DNA of 52,326 nucleotides from a virus (Duplodnaviria > Caudoviricetes): positions 1 through 52,326 of IMG/VR virus record IMGVR_UViG_3300042465_004150, one strand, 5' to 3'. The notes beneath the pieces were generated by a model, which did not search any database, was not told the DNA's origin, and saw only the letters and a list, made by a program, of their open reading frames with translations. Position numbers and translations under genes: made by a program. Below, in pieces: positions 33,804 to 43,040 of the stretch (the first letter of the stretch is position 1; each line of letters begins with the position of its first letter).

Positions 33804-33828
33804 AAAAAGCCGCTAAGAAGCGGCTTTC
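33804..33828 (-). terminator. intrinsic terminator in the leader of the ejection operon
   Basis: AAAGCCGCT-tctt-AGCGGCTTT followed by TT on the - strand. Confidence 0.65.
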
Positions 33829-33850
33829 TGCGGGCGCACTGGCCCCGCAG

Positions 33851-33882
33851 AGATTTTATGCCAAGAAGGGCTTACCCGGCAA
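33851..33882 (-). promoter_or_regulatory. putative late promoter A
   Basis: TTGCCG-18-TAAAAT inside TTGGCATAAAATCT; matches 47569-47600. Confidence 0.6.
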
Positions 33883-33893
33883 GCCCTTTGTTT

Positions 33894-34493
33894 TTACCCA
33901 CCCAAGACCGCCAAGGCGTGAGCAATGTGGGCTTTCCTGTCCTCCAAACCGATCGTCCCGCCGTTAATCCGTTTCGTCATGGTGACGTAGTCCTGGGAAT
34001 CCGCAAAAGCGTTGAGCTTGTGGGTATCCCAAAAAAAGCCAGCAGTCAAGGCCGCGTATTTGGGCATGGCCACCAAGTCTGGCTGCATTACGAAGTCGGC
34101 ACCCAGGGCCTGGCCAGCGTGGAAATACGCGCTATGCCCGGTGGTTTGGATGCATCCGCGCCCGCGAAAACGGTACCCATCCCCACTTGCTTCGTCCCGG
34201 TTTCCCATACGATTGGCGTACACGTTGTTGGCCAAAGCCTTCGGATTGCGCGCGTATCGCTGGGCGATTTCCATGGTGGGGAAACGCCTTGGCCAAATCT
34301 TTATCAGGCGGTCGGCGGCGTAGCTCAAACCCTCTTCCAGCTTTGTGAAGTTGCCGCACTCGTGGGAGCACTGGCCGATAAACGCGGCTTGCTGTTTGGG
34401 GGTGTTGATGCCAAACCTTTCAAAGGTCTCGTTCAAAGGGTCGACCCACTGCGTCCCAATGTGAAGCCGGGTCAGCTGATCACTGTTTAGCAT
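33894..34493 (-). CDS. endolysin, glycoside hydrolase family 19
   Basis: AAFIGQCSHEC, LEEGLSY, GDGYRFRGRGCIQTTG, TKRINGGTIGLEDR. Confidence 0.92.
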   Translation of the reverse strand: MLNSDQLTRLHIGTQWVDPLNETFERFGINTPKQQAAFIGQCSHECGNFTKLEEGLSYAADRLIKIWPRRFPTMEIAQRYARNPKALANNVYANRMGNRDEASGDGYRFRGRGCIQTTGHSAYFHAGQALGADFVMQPDLVAMPKYAALTAGFFWDTHKLNAFADSQDYVTMTKRINGGTIGLEDRKAHIAHALAVLGG

Positions 34494-34983
34494 TGAGCTG
34501 GCTCCTTACTTGGTTGTATGCGTCGATGCAGGCGTTGAGCTGGTTGACGGCGCGGTCACCGTCGGCGGCAATTTGAGCGATGAGTCGGAGGGTTTCTCGC
34601 TCTGCATCAGAAGGCGGGTCAATCGGTCGGTCAGGTTGGGTTCGCGCTTCAACCCGATCTCCGGTGGGAGCGGGGGTATTTGGGGCGGCTTGTACACAAC
34701 CGGGGGCCGGGAGGCGCACCCGACCAGCACTGATAGCGCGATCAAGAGCAGACTGCTTTTCATTGACAACATTGTTGACCTCCGATAGTTTTGTGGATGT
34801 TGCGTTAATTTCTTCAGTAAGTTTCTGTTCAGTTTGGCGAGCTTCGTCGTTCTTCTTGGCGATCTCGACTTGCATCTCCATGTCGCGCTCGTTCCACCCT
34901 CGATGATGGCCCGTGAAGTACACGCCAAGGGCCACTACGGCCGCGCCAAGGATCAGGTAGGGTGAAGGTATGCCAAACATCAT
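34480..34983 (-). CDS. Rz: Rz-like inner-membrane spanin
   Basis: N-terminal TM, coiled coil, AGRVRL, QLNACIDAY. Confidence 0.8.
   Translation of the reverse strand: MMFGIPSPYLILGAAVVALGVYFTGHHRGWNERDMEMQVEIAKKNDEARQTEQKLTEEINATSTKLSEVNNVVNEKQSALDRAISAGRVRLPAPGCVQAAPNTPAPTGDRVEARTQPDRPIDPPSDAERETLRLIAQIAADGDRAVNQLNACIDAYNQVRSQLNAKQ
34506..34772 (-). CDS. Rz1: Rz1-like outer-membrane lipoprotein spanin nested in Rz
   Basis: GGAGG RBS; signal peptide with lipobox LVGC; Pro-rich mature part; alternate frame inside Rz. Confidence 0.8.
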   Translation of the reverse strand: MLSMKSSLLLIALSVLVGCASRPPVVYKPPQIPPLPPEIGLKREPNLTDRLTRLLMQSEKPSDSSLKLPPTVTAPSTSSTPASTHTTK

Positions 34984-35507
34984 TCGGCCTCTTTACGGGC
35001 TCGGGTGAGGGCATCGCGCTCGTGATCCGGCTCTTGGTGATCGGGCGGTGTGGTGGGTGGGGGCGGGGGTGTCCAGCTCTCGTCCAGGTCTGGGTTCTTG
35101 TAACCCATGAAGTTCCAGTCCGGGGTGGTGGGCGACGGCGCTGGAGCAGGTGCCGGGGGTATCGGGGGTACGGGCGGCGGCGCAGGCGCAGGCGTGAGCA
35201 CGGAAGCAGTTTTATTGGCGATCATCTCCGACGCCTTCTTGGCCACGCGCATACCTATGAGGGTGGTAATGGACCCTGTCATAAGTAATACTATATCATT
35301 AAGCATCTTCGTATAGGCCATGTCGATTGGTGCCATAGTTTTAATTGGCTGCTGCACGAACGTGACCGAATAGAGCATGGTAAAAACCAGGCCGCCGAAA
35401 ACGATCATCACAATGCAGACCACGAAGGCCCACACCATGATCTCGCAAAATGCGATGAGTTCGTCAGTTGTTTGGAACAGTGCTCTGCGCGGGCTGAATG
35501 GATTCAA
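34980..35507 (-). CDS. two-TM membrane protein (holin candidate) with Pro-rich tail
   Basis: hydrophobic segments IMVWAFVVCIVMIVFGGLVFTMLY and IVLLMTGSITTLIG; next to the lysis genes. Confidence 0.65.
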   Translation of the reverse strand: MNPFSPRRALFQTTDELIAFCEIMVWAFVVCIVMIVFGGLVFTMLYSVTFVQQPIKTMAPIDMAYTKMLNDIVLLMTGSITTLIGMRVAKKASEMIANKTASVLTPAPAPPPVPPIPPAPAPAPSPTTPDWNFMGYKNPDLDESWTPPPPPTTPPDHQEPDHERDALTRARKEAE

Positions 35508-35673
35508 CTTTTTTCTCCAAAATAGGTGCTACCAAATACTCGGGGCAGTCTTGCGAAAACTGACAGTCGGGCTTTTGACAACGCTTGGCCTGAAAATTGT
35601 TGGGGTTCTGACAGAAGTACCGATACCGGTCCTCGCACCCAACAAGCAGCATTAACAAAAGCAGATACTTCAT
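35464..35673 (-). CDS. small Cys-rich lipoprotein
   Basis: MKYLLLLMLLVGC lipobox; EDRYRYFCQNP...C..P.C.....CPEYL. Confidence 0.75.
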   Translation of the reverse strand: MKYLLLLMLLVGCEDRYRYFCQNPNNFQAKRCQKPDCQFSQDCPEYLVAPILEKKVESIQPAQSTVPNN

Positions 35674-35894
35674 TCTGATGAATCCTTTTTTGATTCCCTC
35701 TCAAGCCTCTCACGTTGCAAGGCTTTGCGCTCCCTGACCACTTTGGTCAACTCCTCGCTAACCATAAGCCGAATGGCCAGCATGTCGATGTACATGAAGG
35801 CCGTTATGGGCAGCACGATGGTGAGCAACAACGACACAATCACGAGGACGATAAGAAGCCCTTTAGATTCGTCCGATGTAGACTTATTGACCAT
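35670..35894 (-). CDS. single-TM membrane protein
   Basis: MVNKS...LLIVLVIVSLLLTIVLPITAFMY; ATGA overlap downstream. Confidence 0.6.
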   Translation of the reverse strand: MVNKSTSDESKGLLIVLVIVSLLLTIVLPITAFMYIDMLAIRLMVSEELTKVVRERKALQRERLERESKKDSSE

Positions 35895-36541
35895 GCGAGT
35901 CCCCAGAAATACAAGGCAACCAAAATTGTCGCAGCAATCACACCGACTTTGTCGTGCCAACGGTCTATTCCCTGTCGGCGTTGCCAGGCTTTTGCTGCAT
36001 CTTCTCTGACCTGTATTGCTCGAGCCTCCTTTTGTTCTTCGGCAATCTGCGCGCGCATCTTCTCAAACCTGGTCCACAAATCGCCAAGCTCAGCTGGAGC
36101 GTTATAGACCATGGTTTCGCGCAAATCCTTCTCCATCTTTTCCAGGCGGGTCCTGATCAGCACTCGCTGCAAAGCCCGTTTGCCAAGCGACTCGTCGCCC
36201 GTGTAGACCTCTTTGGATTTGCGCTCTTCTTCCCAAAACAGGTCTTCGATCTTGCTGAACGAATCGAAGAAGGTGCCAAGCTGTTCGCCGACCTGAGAGA
36301 TCACGTCATTGGGGTCGCTGGCCGATACCTGCTTGACCCGGTCGCGCTCTTCGTTGTACTGCTTGACTGCTTCCTTGGAAGGGGGCTTGTCTTTGTGCTG
36401 TTTCTTGAATTGCGATTCAAGGTCGGTTAAAACCTCGTTGACATTTCCAACGGCACCCTTGATGTCTTTGTAAAGCTGGCAGCCCTTCTTAACTGCTGCA
36501 ACGGCCGCGTTGGCCATCGCAAGGATGGTCAGCGGGTCCAT
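35840..36541 (-). CDS. coiled-coil protein with C-terminal TM (lysis-module associated)
   Basis: MDPLTILAMA..AVKKG N-terminus; C-terminal VIAATILVALYFWGL. Confidence 0.75.
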   Translation of the reverse strand: MDPLTILAMANAAVAAVKKGCQLYKDIKGAVGNVNEVLTDLESQFKKQHKDKPPSKEAVKQYNEERDRVKQVSASDPNDVISQVGEQLGTFFDSFSKIEDLFWEEERKSKEVYTGDESLGKRALQRVLIRTRLEKMEKDLRETMVYNAPAELGDLWTRFEKMRAQIAEEQKEARAIQVREDAAKAWQRRQGIDRWHDKVGVIAATILVALYFWGLAWSISLHRTNLKGFLSSS

Positions 36542-36544
36542 GCT

Positions 36545-36766
36545 TCATTTGTCGGCCTTGCCGTCCAGCTTGTCAAAAATCTGCTTCAGGATCGATTTGA
36601 TTTCGGCGATGTCGGTCCGGTAATCATCCTTGGCCACATACGAATGCGGCAGCTCGTTGACTTTGTCTTCGAGCTTTTGAATCTGCCGGGTCAAGGTGTT
36701 GATAACATAGACCGCCAAAAACCCAGCAATCGCAACGATGATGTTGAAGAGTTGCTGGGTGTCCAT
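36545..36766 (-). CDS. small TM + coiled-coil protein (XhlA/holin-like)
   Basis: FNIIVAIAGFLAVYVI then LPHSYVAKDDY..IFDKLDGKADK. Confidence 0.75.
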   Translation of the reverse strand: MDTQQLFNIIVAIAGFLAVYVINTLTRQIQKLEDKVNELPHSYVAKDDYRTDIAEIKSILKQIFDKLDGKADK

Positions 36767-37083
36767 CAGGTGCTCCAAGGCAAAGGCGTGTTCTGTGGAC
36801 TGACAGGCGGCGTGATCATGCTGTCGATCTGGCCCTGTATACAGGCTTGTGCGCTTGCCATGGCAAACTCTGGAATCCAGCCAATGACGATAGCTTGGGT
36901 AAGCTGGTCATAGGGGATGAATGTCTCTGGCGCTTGGCTTGAGTCAAAGGTGGTGTTGCCACCGATGCTGGCAGTGTATTCCCCGTCCACGCCCGTGACT
37001 TCCCACAGCACATTGACCACATAGTCTGGGTCAGGCTGTTGCATAGTCCACATTGCATTGATGGTGGTGGTAAAAGTTGTCAT
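36766..37083 (-). CDS. tail fibre-associated protein
   Basis: FIPYDQLTQAIVIGW...PLPW; directly after the tail fibre. Confidence 0.75.
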   Translation of the reverse strand: MTTFTTTINAMWTMQQPDPDYVVNVLWEVTGVDGEYTASIGGNTTFDSSQAPETFIPYDQLTQAIVIGWIPEFAMASAQACIQGQIDSMITPPVSPQNTPLPWST

Positions 37084-37086
37084 GGT

Positions 37087-40000
37087 TTATGCTCCGTTGA
37101 GTTGAGATTTGAGGCTGTCAACCTCTGCTTTGAGTTCTTTAATTGCGTTGATCATGTACCAAGTCAAATTGTCGGCATCAACTGACATAACGCCAGAAGA
37201 TTCTGTTTTTACGCACTCAGGCAATACCTGTTGCAGTTCCTGCGAAATTACACCAAGCTGAACACCAGCTTTGTTGATCGCATCAGTTGACTTGAGTTCT
37301 GCATCCACCTCTTCTGGCAAACGATATTCAAAGTTCCGCACTTGGATGGCGGCAATCTTCTCAAGGCCAACATTGTTGTCAACAATATTTTTCTTTAAAC
37401 GCTGGTCTGAAGTGGTTGCCCATGTAGTGGTGTTTGCGCCGTTGTAAATGCCCCCAGCGCCGCCAGCAGAGATAAAGCCAGTAGATGAACCTTTGCCCGA
37501 AGCTGATGTATTGGTGGTGCAAATAACCATTTCATAGCTATTACTTACAGCCCCAGCCTGAGAACCAAAGCCAACATATAAATTATAATCACCCGTTTGT
37601 AAATTAGACCCTGCGAGAAGACCATAAAATGTATTAGCGCCGCCTGATGTAAGACCAAGACCCGCCTGATAACCTACAGCAGTGTTGTTTGAGCTGGATA
37701 GGGAGCTTGCTGTAAGCGCCTGATACCCAACTGCGGTATTGTTGCTTCCAGTTACATTGCCTAAAGCAGAATCCCCCACACCAGTGTTTTTTGAGCCAGA
37801 GCTTGTGTTGTACATAACACCTTGCCCAACGCCAGTGTTGCTTGAGCCTGTAATATTTGCTAAAGCATTTGCGCCAATAGCAGTGTTATTACTGCTTGTC
37901 GTATTTTGATACAGGGCGGAAGCACCAAAAGCAACATTGCTTGTGCCAGATATATTGCTATATGCGGCTGTGTACCCTACAGCCGTGTTGCTTGAAGCTG
38001 TATTTTTAGCAAGTGCCGCCGAACCTACAGCGGTGTTGTAGTTACCAGCGGTGTTAACACCTAGAACAGCATCTCCACCAGAGGGTTGATAACTACCAAC
38101 AGCCACATTTCCTACGCCCGTTTGATTTGCCGACAATGCTTCATTGCCGATGGCAATATTTCGATTGCCGCTTGTATTTTGGGCAAGTGCAGAGTTGCCA
38201 ATTGCCGTGTTGTACGAGCCAGTGTTTGGGCCGCCTGTAGTGCCGCCCATTGCTCGGGAGCCAATTGCAATACTGAATGCTCCACTGCTTAAATTTTCTC
38301 CAGCAAAATAACCAAAGGCAGTTGCGTCCGTTCCAGTTGAGTTTGCCAAAGCACTGATACCTACCGCAGTGCTGGTGGCGCTTGCGCTTCCATTGCCAAG
38401 ACCTACAGTGAGTCCTTGAATGGATGCCCCAGCGGCTACAGTAAATAAGCCTGCGGTGGAAATTGAGGCTTTAACAGTTCCACTACCATTTGTGTAAAAC
38501 TTTAACGAACTGCCAGTGTCTGCAAAAACAGCTACATCGGAACTTGTGTTTCCTTGTATAGCGCCATCAACAGAAAAAGCGCCGTATTGAGTCCCATTTT
38601 GTCTTACAGAAAATGAACCGCCGCCAGTTGTGCCTGTATTGTCCGCAGCAACAGTCCCATAAGCGCCAGTTGATTTAAAACTAGCAATTGTGCCGCTGGT
38701 TGCCGAAGATAAAGTTAGCGTTCCAGTGACTGCAAGGCCAGTGGAGGACACGGTGGCGTAGTTTGTTACTTGGTTATCACCAAATAATCGTAGCTTTCCA
38801 GTGGCAAAAGTGTCAGTGTCAGAGGATGTGCCAACGCCAGATATGGCTACAGAAGAACCTAAATAAGTTTTAGGCGTTCCACTAAGTTGTATTTGCAAAA
38901 ATGTGCCGTTGACATTGGTCGTATTAACAATTGCCGTAGCACTTGCCAAAGTGCTTGTAGCAGTCAGCGTTCCAGTGACTGCAAGGCCAGTGGAGGAGAA
39001 GGTTCCCGCAGTAACCTGATTATTTGGTCGTATTATTACCGACTGTCCAGCCGATGCATCCAAATATAGGCTTGACGCTGTAGCCCATACTTGAGCTGAA
39101 CTACCACCTGTAAAATCTAAACGGCCTGCGGCATTACTGTTTGTTATATTCCCCGTAGTACTCAGCGTAGTAAACGCCCCAGCCAGCGGATTTGTTGTGC
39201 CAATGATGACGTTGTTGATCTGATTGCCGCCGCCTGCTACGGTCCCGCCAAGGGTGAACGCACCAATGGTGTTAGCGGTCAACGTGGTGCCGTTGAATGT
39301 CAGATTGGCTGAATCGGTTTGAAGCCCGGCAGTGGTGCTATATGGGACACGGCCAGAGGTGAGGCCAGAATTGGTGATGGAGGTGGATGCGGTTATGGTA
39401 GTAAACGCCCCAGCCAGCGGATTTGTTGTGCCAATGATGATGTTGTTGATCTGGTTACCGCCGCCTGCCACGGTCCCGCCAAGGGTGAACGCACCAATGG
39501 TGTTGGCGGTCAACGTGGTGCCGTTAAATGTCAAGTTGGCTGAATCGGTTTGAAGCCCAGCAGTGGTGCTATATGGGACACGACCAGAAGTGAGGCCGGT
39601 GTTAGTCAATGCGCTTACGGTCAACGCGCCGACCGAGCTTGCGAATGTCACCGCCCCACCAAAGTACGAAGCACCAGCGGCCACATACAAAGAGTACGCG
39701 TTGGTGATCGTTGCGCTACCGCCTGCGACCGGAGCGTTGGCAAGGTACAGCGTTGCAGCAGTGGCATACGTGGTCACGTTGGATGTAGACAACGTAGGCT
39801 GGGCCAAGCTGTAGAACGTCGCAATTGGGGTCAGCGGACCGGACGAAGAGGTGTCGGTGTAAGTCGAAGCCACGCCATACAAGAACGCCGGGTTTGTGGG
39901 GGTTAGCGCAGCAGCGGCAGAACGGTTTGCAGAGGGAATCCTTACCAGTCCCGTGGTGCTAAGGTCGGTGAACGTGCCAGCCAACGGATTCGAGGTGCCG

Positions 40001-40986
40001 ATGATCACGTTGTTGATCTGGTTACCGCCGCCGGAGACAGTGCCGCTGATCGTGAAAGCACCCAGGGTCTTGTTGGTAAGTGTGTCGGTGGTCGCACGGC
40101 CAACCAAGGTGTCGGTGCTGGTGGGCAGCGTCAGCGTACCAGTGTTGACGATGGTTCCGATGACAGGCGATGTCAGCGTCTTATTGGTCAAAGTGTCGGT
40201 GGTCGCACGGCCAACCAAGGTGTCGGTGCTGGTGGGCAGTGTCAAGGTCCCGGTGTTGACGATAGTCCCGATGACAGGCGATGTCAGCGTTTTGTTGGTC
40301 AACGTGTCAGTGGTCGCACGGCCAACCAGGGTGTCGGTGCTGGTAGGCAGAGTCAAGGTCCCGGTGTTGACGATGGTCCCGATGACGGGCGAAGTCAAAG
40401 TCTTATTGGTCAGAGTGTCGGTGGTCGCCCGACCAACCAGTGTGTCGGTGCTGGTGGGCAGTGTCAATGTGCCGGTGTTGACGATCGTGCCAATGACCGG
40501 GCTGGTCAAAGTCTTGTTTGTCAACGTGTCGGTGGTCGCACGGCCAACCAAAGTGTCGGTGCTGGTGGGCAGAGACAGCGATCCGGTGTTAACGATGGAC
40601 GAAATAACGGGCGCGGTCAGGGTCTTGTTGGTCAGGGTCTGTGTGGTGTCAGTGCCAACCAGGGTCGTGTTGGCATCAGGCACCGAATAGATGCGAGTGG
40701 CCCCAGGCGTGACCGTGCCTGCGTTGAATTGAAACTTGCGCGTGTTGTCGCCGTCGTCTTGGACCGTGAAGTCGGTGTCAGTGACCGTGAACGAGGGCAG
40801 CGTGGAAGTCTGGGTCAGAGCAGTGCCGGTGCTGTTGACAACCACAAATTTATTTGCGTTGCCCGACAGCGTGGGCATTTTGTCAAAGCCTGCTGCGACG
40901 AGGTCCAGCTCGGCTCGCATTGAAGCCGAAGTTGCTGCCGACCCGGTCGAGGGAAATGCACCGTGGTTGTAGAAAGAATTGCTCAT
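37087..40986 (-). CDS. tail fibre with C-terminal intramolecular chaperone (peptidase S74-like)
   Basis: TLTNKT repeats, NTAVGxxAL repeats, TSDQRLKKNI...GVISQEL...AIKELKAEVDSLK. Confidence 0.9.
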   Translation of the reverse strand: MSNSFYNHGAFPSTGSAATSASMRAELDLVAAGFDKMPTLSGNANKFVVVNSTGTALTQTSTLPSFTVTDTDFTVQDDGDNTRKFQFNAGTVTPGATRIYSVPDANTTLVGTDTTQTLTNKTLTAPVISSIVNTGSLSLPTSTDTLVGRATTDTLTNKTLTSPVIGTIVNTGTLTLPTSTDTLVGRATTDTLTNKTLTSPVIGTIVNTGTLTLPTSTDTLVGRATTDTLTNKTLTSPVIGTIVNTGTLTLPTSTDTLVGRATTDTLTNKTLTSPVIGTIVNTGTLTLPTSTDTLVGRATTDTLTNKTLGAFTISGTVSGGGNQINNVIIGTSNPLAGTFTDLSTTGLVRIPSANRSAAAALTPTNPAFLYGVASTYTDTSSSGPLTPIATFYSLAQPTLSTSNVTTYATAATLYLANAPVAGGSATITNAYSLYVAAGASYFGGAVTFASSVGALTVSALTNTGLTSGRVPYSTTAGLQTDSANLTFNGTTLTANTIGAFTLGGTVAGGGNQINNIIIGTTNPLAGAFTTITASTSITNSGLTSGRVPYSTTAGLQTDSANLTFNGTTLTANTIGAFTLGGTVAGGGNQINNVIIGTTNPLAGAFTTLSTTGNITNSNAAGRLDFTGGSSAQVWATASSLYLDASAGQSVIIRPNNQVTAGTFSSTGLAVTGTLTATSTLASATAIVNTTNVNGTFLQIQLSGTPKTYLGSSVAISGVGTSSDTDTFATGKLRLFGDNQVTNYATVSSTGLAVTGTLTLSSATSGTIASFKSTGAYGTVAADNTGTTGGGSFSVRQNGTQYGAFSVDGAIQGNTSSDVAVFADTGSSLKFYTNGSGTVKASISTAGLFTVAAGASIQGLTVGLGNGSASATSTAVGISALANSTGTDATAFGYFAGENLSSGAFSIAIGSRAMGGTTGGPNTGSYNTAIGNSALAQNTSGNRNIAIGNEALSANQTGVGNVAVGSYQPSGGDAVLGVNTAGNYNTAVGSAALAKNTASSNTAVGYTAAYSNISGTSNVAFGASALYQNTTSSNNTAIGANALANITGSSNTGVGQGVMYNTSSGSKNTGVGDSALGNVTGSNNTAVGYQALTASSLSSSNNTAVGYQAGLGLTSGGANTFYGLLAGSNLQTGDYNLYVGFGSQAGAVSNSYEMVICTTNTSASGKGSSTGFISAGGAGGIYNGANTTTWATTSDQRLKKNIVDNNVGLEKIAAIQVRNFEYRLPEEVDAELKSTDAINKAGVQLGVISQELQQVLPECVKTESSGVMSVDADNLTWYMINAIKELKAEVDSLKSQLNGA
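39168..39606 (-). repeat. tandem 231-bp (77-aa) duplication in the tail fibre
   Basis: gaatcggtttgaagccc at 39311 and 39542; GLTSGRVPYSTTAGLQTDSANLTFNG occurs twice. Confidence 0.85.
40063..40646 (-). repeat. about 5.3 copies of a 111-bp (37-aa) tandem repeat in the tail fibre
   Basis: TTDTLTNKTLTSPVIGTIVNTGTLTLPTSTDTLVGRA; copies differ mostly at synonymous sites. Confidence 0.9.
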
Positions 40987-43031
40987 CTGAGTCCTCTGCG
41001 CATGCTGTAGTGCAAGATGGTTGAGTTGATGGTGAACTGTGCGTAGATGTCCGAGATTGACGCAATGCGTACTGCGATGTTTTCAGCAGTTCCGCAAACC
41101 TCAACTTCGGACGGCGCAAGAGTGCGTCCATCCCAAACGAAAGTATCCCAAGAAGCCGAATCCCAATAGCTGGAAATCAAGTTGCTGGAATACTGCCCGC
41201 CAATGTCCTGGCCAATATCTGTTGACGAATAGCCCAGGTCATAACTGAAAGTGAATTCGGCGTAGCTGGTGCCGGTGATCTCCATTGACCCCTTGCGGTA
41301 TCTTTTCAAGACCCGAGGGCTTTTGATGGCGTTGAACACCAGGGTCACGCTGGCTGAAATCTCAGTGCCGTCAAAAGACGTGCCTGCATCCAATCGGTAC
41401 ACATACCCGTTGGTCGAACCAAAGAACGATGTCTCAGCGCCATCGGGCGATTCGCCCGCGCATATCACAGTCACCGCGTTGGGGAACTGGACGGGCATGG
41501 CACCCATCATTTGGTTGTTGGAGACAGTCATGTACAGCGCATAGCTGTCGCTGAAAAAGACCCGGTACTGGGCCTTCTCGCGGTTCAGGCTGCTGCCGGT
41601 GGCCAGATTGCGCCTCTGCTGAATGAACGGCCGAATGTTCAGCGTCAAGGCCGCTGAATCGAAGTTGCCGTAATTCAACGTGGTTTGCAAGTTGATGATG
41701 CCCCGGTCGTCGAACACGTAGCTTTGCGACATGTTCTGCGCGGTGTAGGGCTTGGCTCCGGTGCCCACGTTGTACGACACCAAGTTCCAGTTGGCCGAGC
41801 TTGTCCCATACAAAATGTATGTGTCGCTGTCGGTGTAGATGGCCATGGCCCCGGTCGATTGATCGCCAGGCTGGACCAAGAAGTTGGTAATGTCTTCGGT
41901 CAGCGCGATTTCGCCTGCACCGAGTACGGGATTCCACTGGTAGGGTAAACCCAAAGCGGAAAATTGGATTGAGTGGCCATACGCAAAAAACAGGTGCTGC
42001 TTGTGAAAAGCCACTTTGGTTGGCACGTCTGTGGGCATGCCGGTGCGAACGGACACATAGACCGTGCCATCGAATTCAAAGCCCTTGTTGACCCCGTCAC
42101 ACCCGTAGATGCGTGTCTGGTTGCTGTTGCCACCAAAGTTGCCCGTGGCTGTCTCAACGCGGCCATTGGGTGCCAGGGTGATGGCCGTCTGCGCGCCAAC
42201 AGCCTGGGCGTAGGTAGTGCCGCTCACCCTGATGTTTTCGCCAGCCTGGAAGGTTCCGGTAATCGTGGCAAAAACCAGATACCCTGCCGCGTCGTTGCCG
42301 GTCCAAGTGCCCGAGGCTTGCACCACTCGCTTGATCGTGCCGGTCGCCCCGCTGGTCTGGCCAGTGACGATGTTGCCCTCAGCAAATTCAATCGAGCCAG
42401 TGTTAAACGCCAGCTCAAAGCCCAGGGGCACCAGGGTCCAGCCGCTGGTGGTGGACTTGTAGATGGCCATGGCCGTGCCGCCTGCATTGTTGCGCCAGGC
42501 ATAAACGGTTCCGTTGAAGTAAACAACACCGCGAATTTGGCCAGAACCTGGCACGACAGTAATGTCCGCGCGGTAGGCGTCGGCAGCCAAGTTGAGGTAC
42601 TCGGCGGCCTGTTTGCTGGTGGTGGTTGTGGCTGCGCCCAGGGCGGTCAGCGTGCCCTTGGAGACTCCGCCCACCGTGAGGGTTTCGCCCACAGTAAATG
42701 AGCCCGTGCCCTTGGTGTAGACCAGCTGGTTGGTGGATGTGGAAATCACGTAGCCCGTTGCGGCGGAGGTAACACCGACGATCGTGTCGCCCACGTTCAC
42801 GGCGGCACTCAGGTTAACCGTGAGGATGCCGTACAAAGCGTCAGACGGGTTTGGGCGGCCATCAAACCGCTCGTACCCGGCGATCCTGGTGTACCCGCCG
42901 GTGATGGACGCCTCAAAATTTAAAGCGTCCCGTGCGGTACCTGGAGCCAGCGACAAGGTAGGCGTGACCAGGTCGAGGCCACCCGCCATGCGGATCAAGT
43001 CGTATTTGACTGGGGCCATTCCTTGTGCCAT
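40983..43031 (-). CDS. tail tubular protein B / nozzle-like protein
   Basis: GGLDLVTP N-terminus, beta-rich, position after the adaptor. Confidence 0.75.
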   Translation of the reverse strand: MAQGMAPVKYDLIRMAGGLDLVTPTLSLAPGTARDALNFEASITGGYTRIAGYERFDGRPNPSDALYGILTVNLSAAVNVGDTIVGVTSAATGYVISTSTNQLVYTKGTGSFTVGETLTVGGVSKGTLTALGAATTTTSKQAAEYLNLAADAYRADITVVPGSGQIRGVVYFNGTVYAWRNNAGGTAMAIYKSTTSGWTLVPLGFELAFNTGSIEFAEGNIVTGQTSGATGTIKRVVQASGTWTGNDAAGYLVFATITGTFQAGENIRVSGTTYAQAVGAQTAITLAPNGRVETATGNFGGNSNQTRIYGCDGVNKGFEFDGTVYVSVRTGMPTDVPTKVAFHKQHLFFAYGHSIQFSALGLPYQWNPVLGAGEIALTEDITNFLVQPGDQSTGAMAIYTDSDTYILYGTSSANWNLVSYNVGTGAKPYTAQNMSQSYVFDDRGIINLQTTLNYGNFDSAALTLNIRPFIQQRRNLATGSSLNREKAQYRVFFSDSYALYMTVSNNQMMGAMPVQFPNAVTVICAGESPDGAETSFFGSTNGYVYRLDAGTSFDGTEISASVTLVFNAIKSPRVLKRYRKGSMEITGTSYAEFTFSYDLGYSSTDIGQDIGGQYSSNLISSYWDSASWDTFVWDGRTLAPSEVEVCGTAENIAVRIASISDIYAQFTINSTILHYSMRRGLR

Positions 43032-43040
43032 GGTTTCCCT

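Noticed and set aside
39168-39606. Tail-fibre duplication as a DGR template/variable repeat pair
   Set aside because: Copies are tandem and in frame, differences are not adenine-specific, and no reverse transcriptase is present
39896-40690. 264-aa Val/Ser-rich + strand ORF and a CRISPR-like look of the repeats
   Set aside because: Antisense mirror of in-frame tail-fibre repeats; no unique spacers and no cas operon
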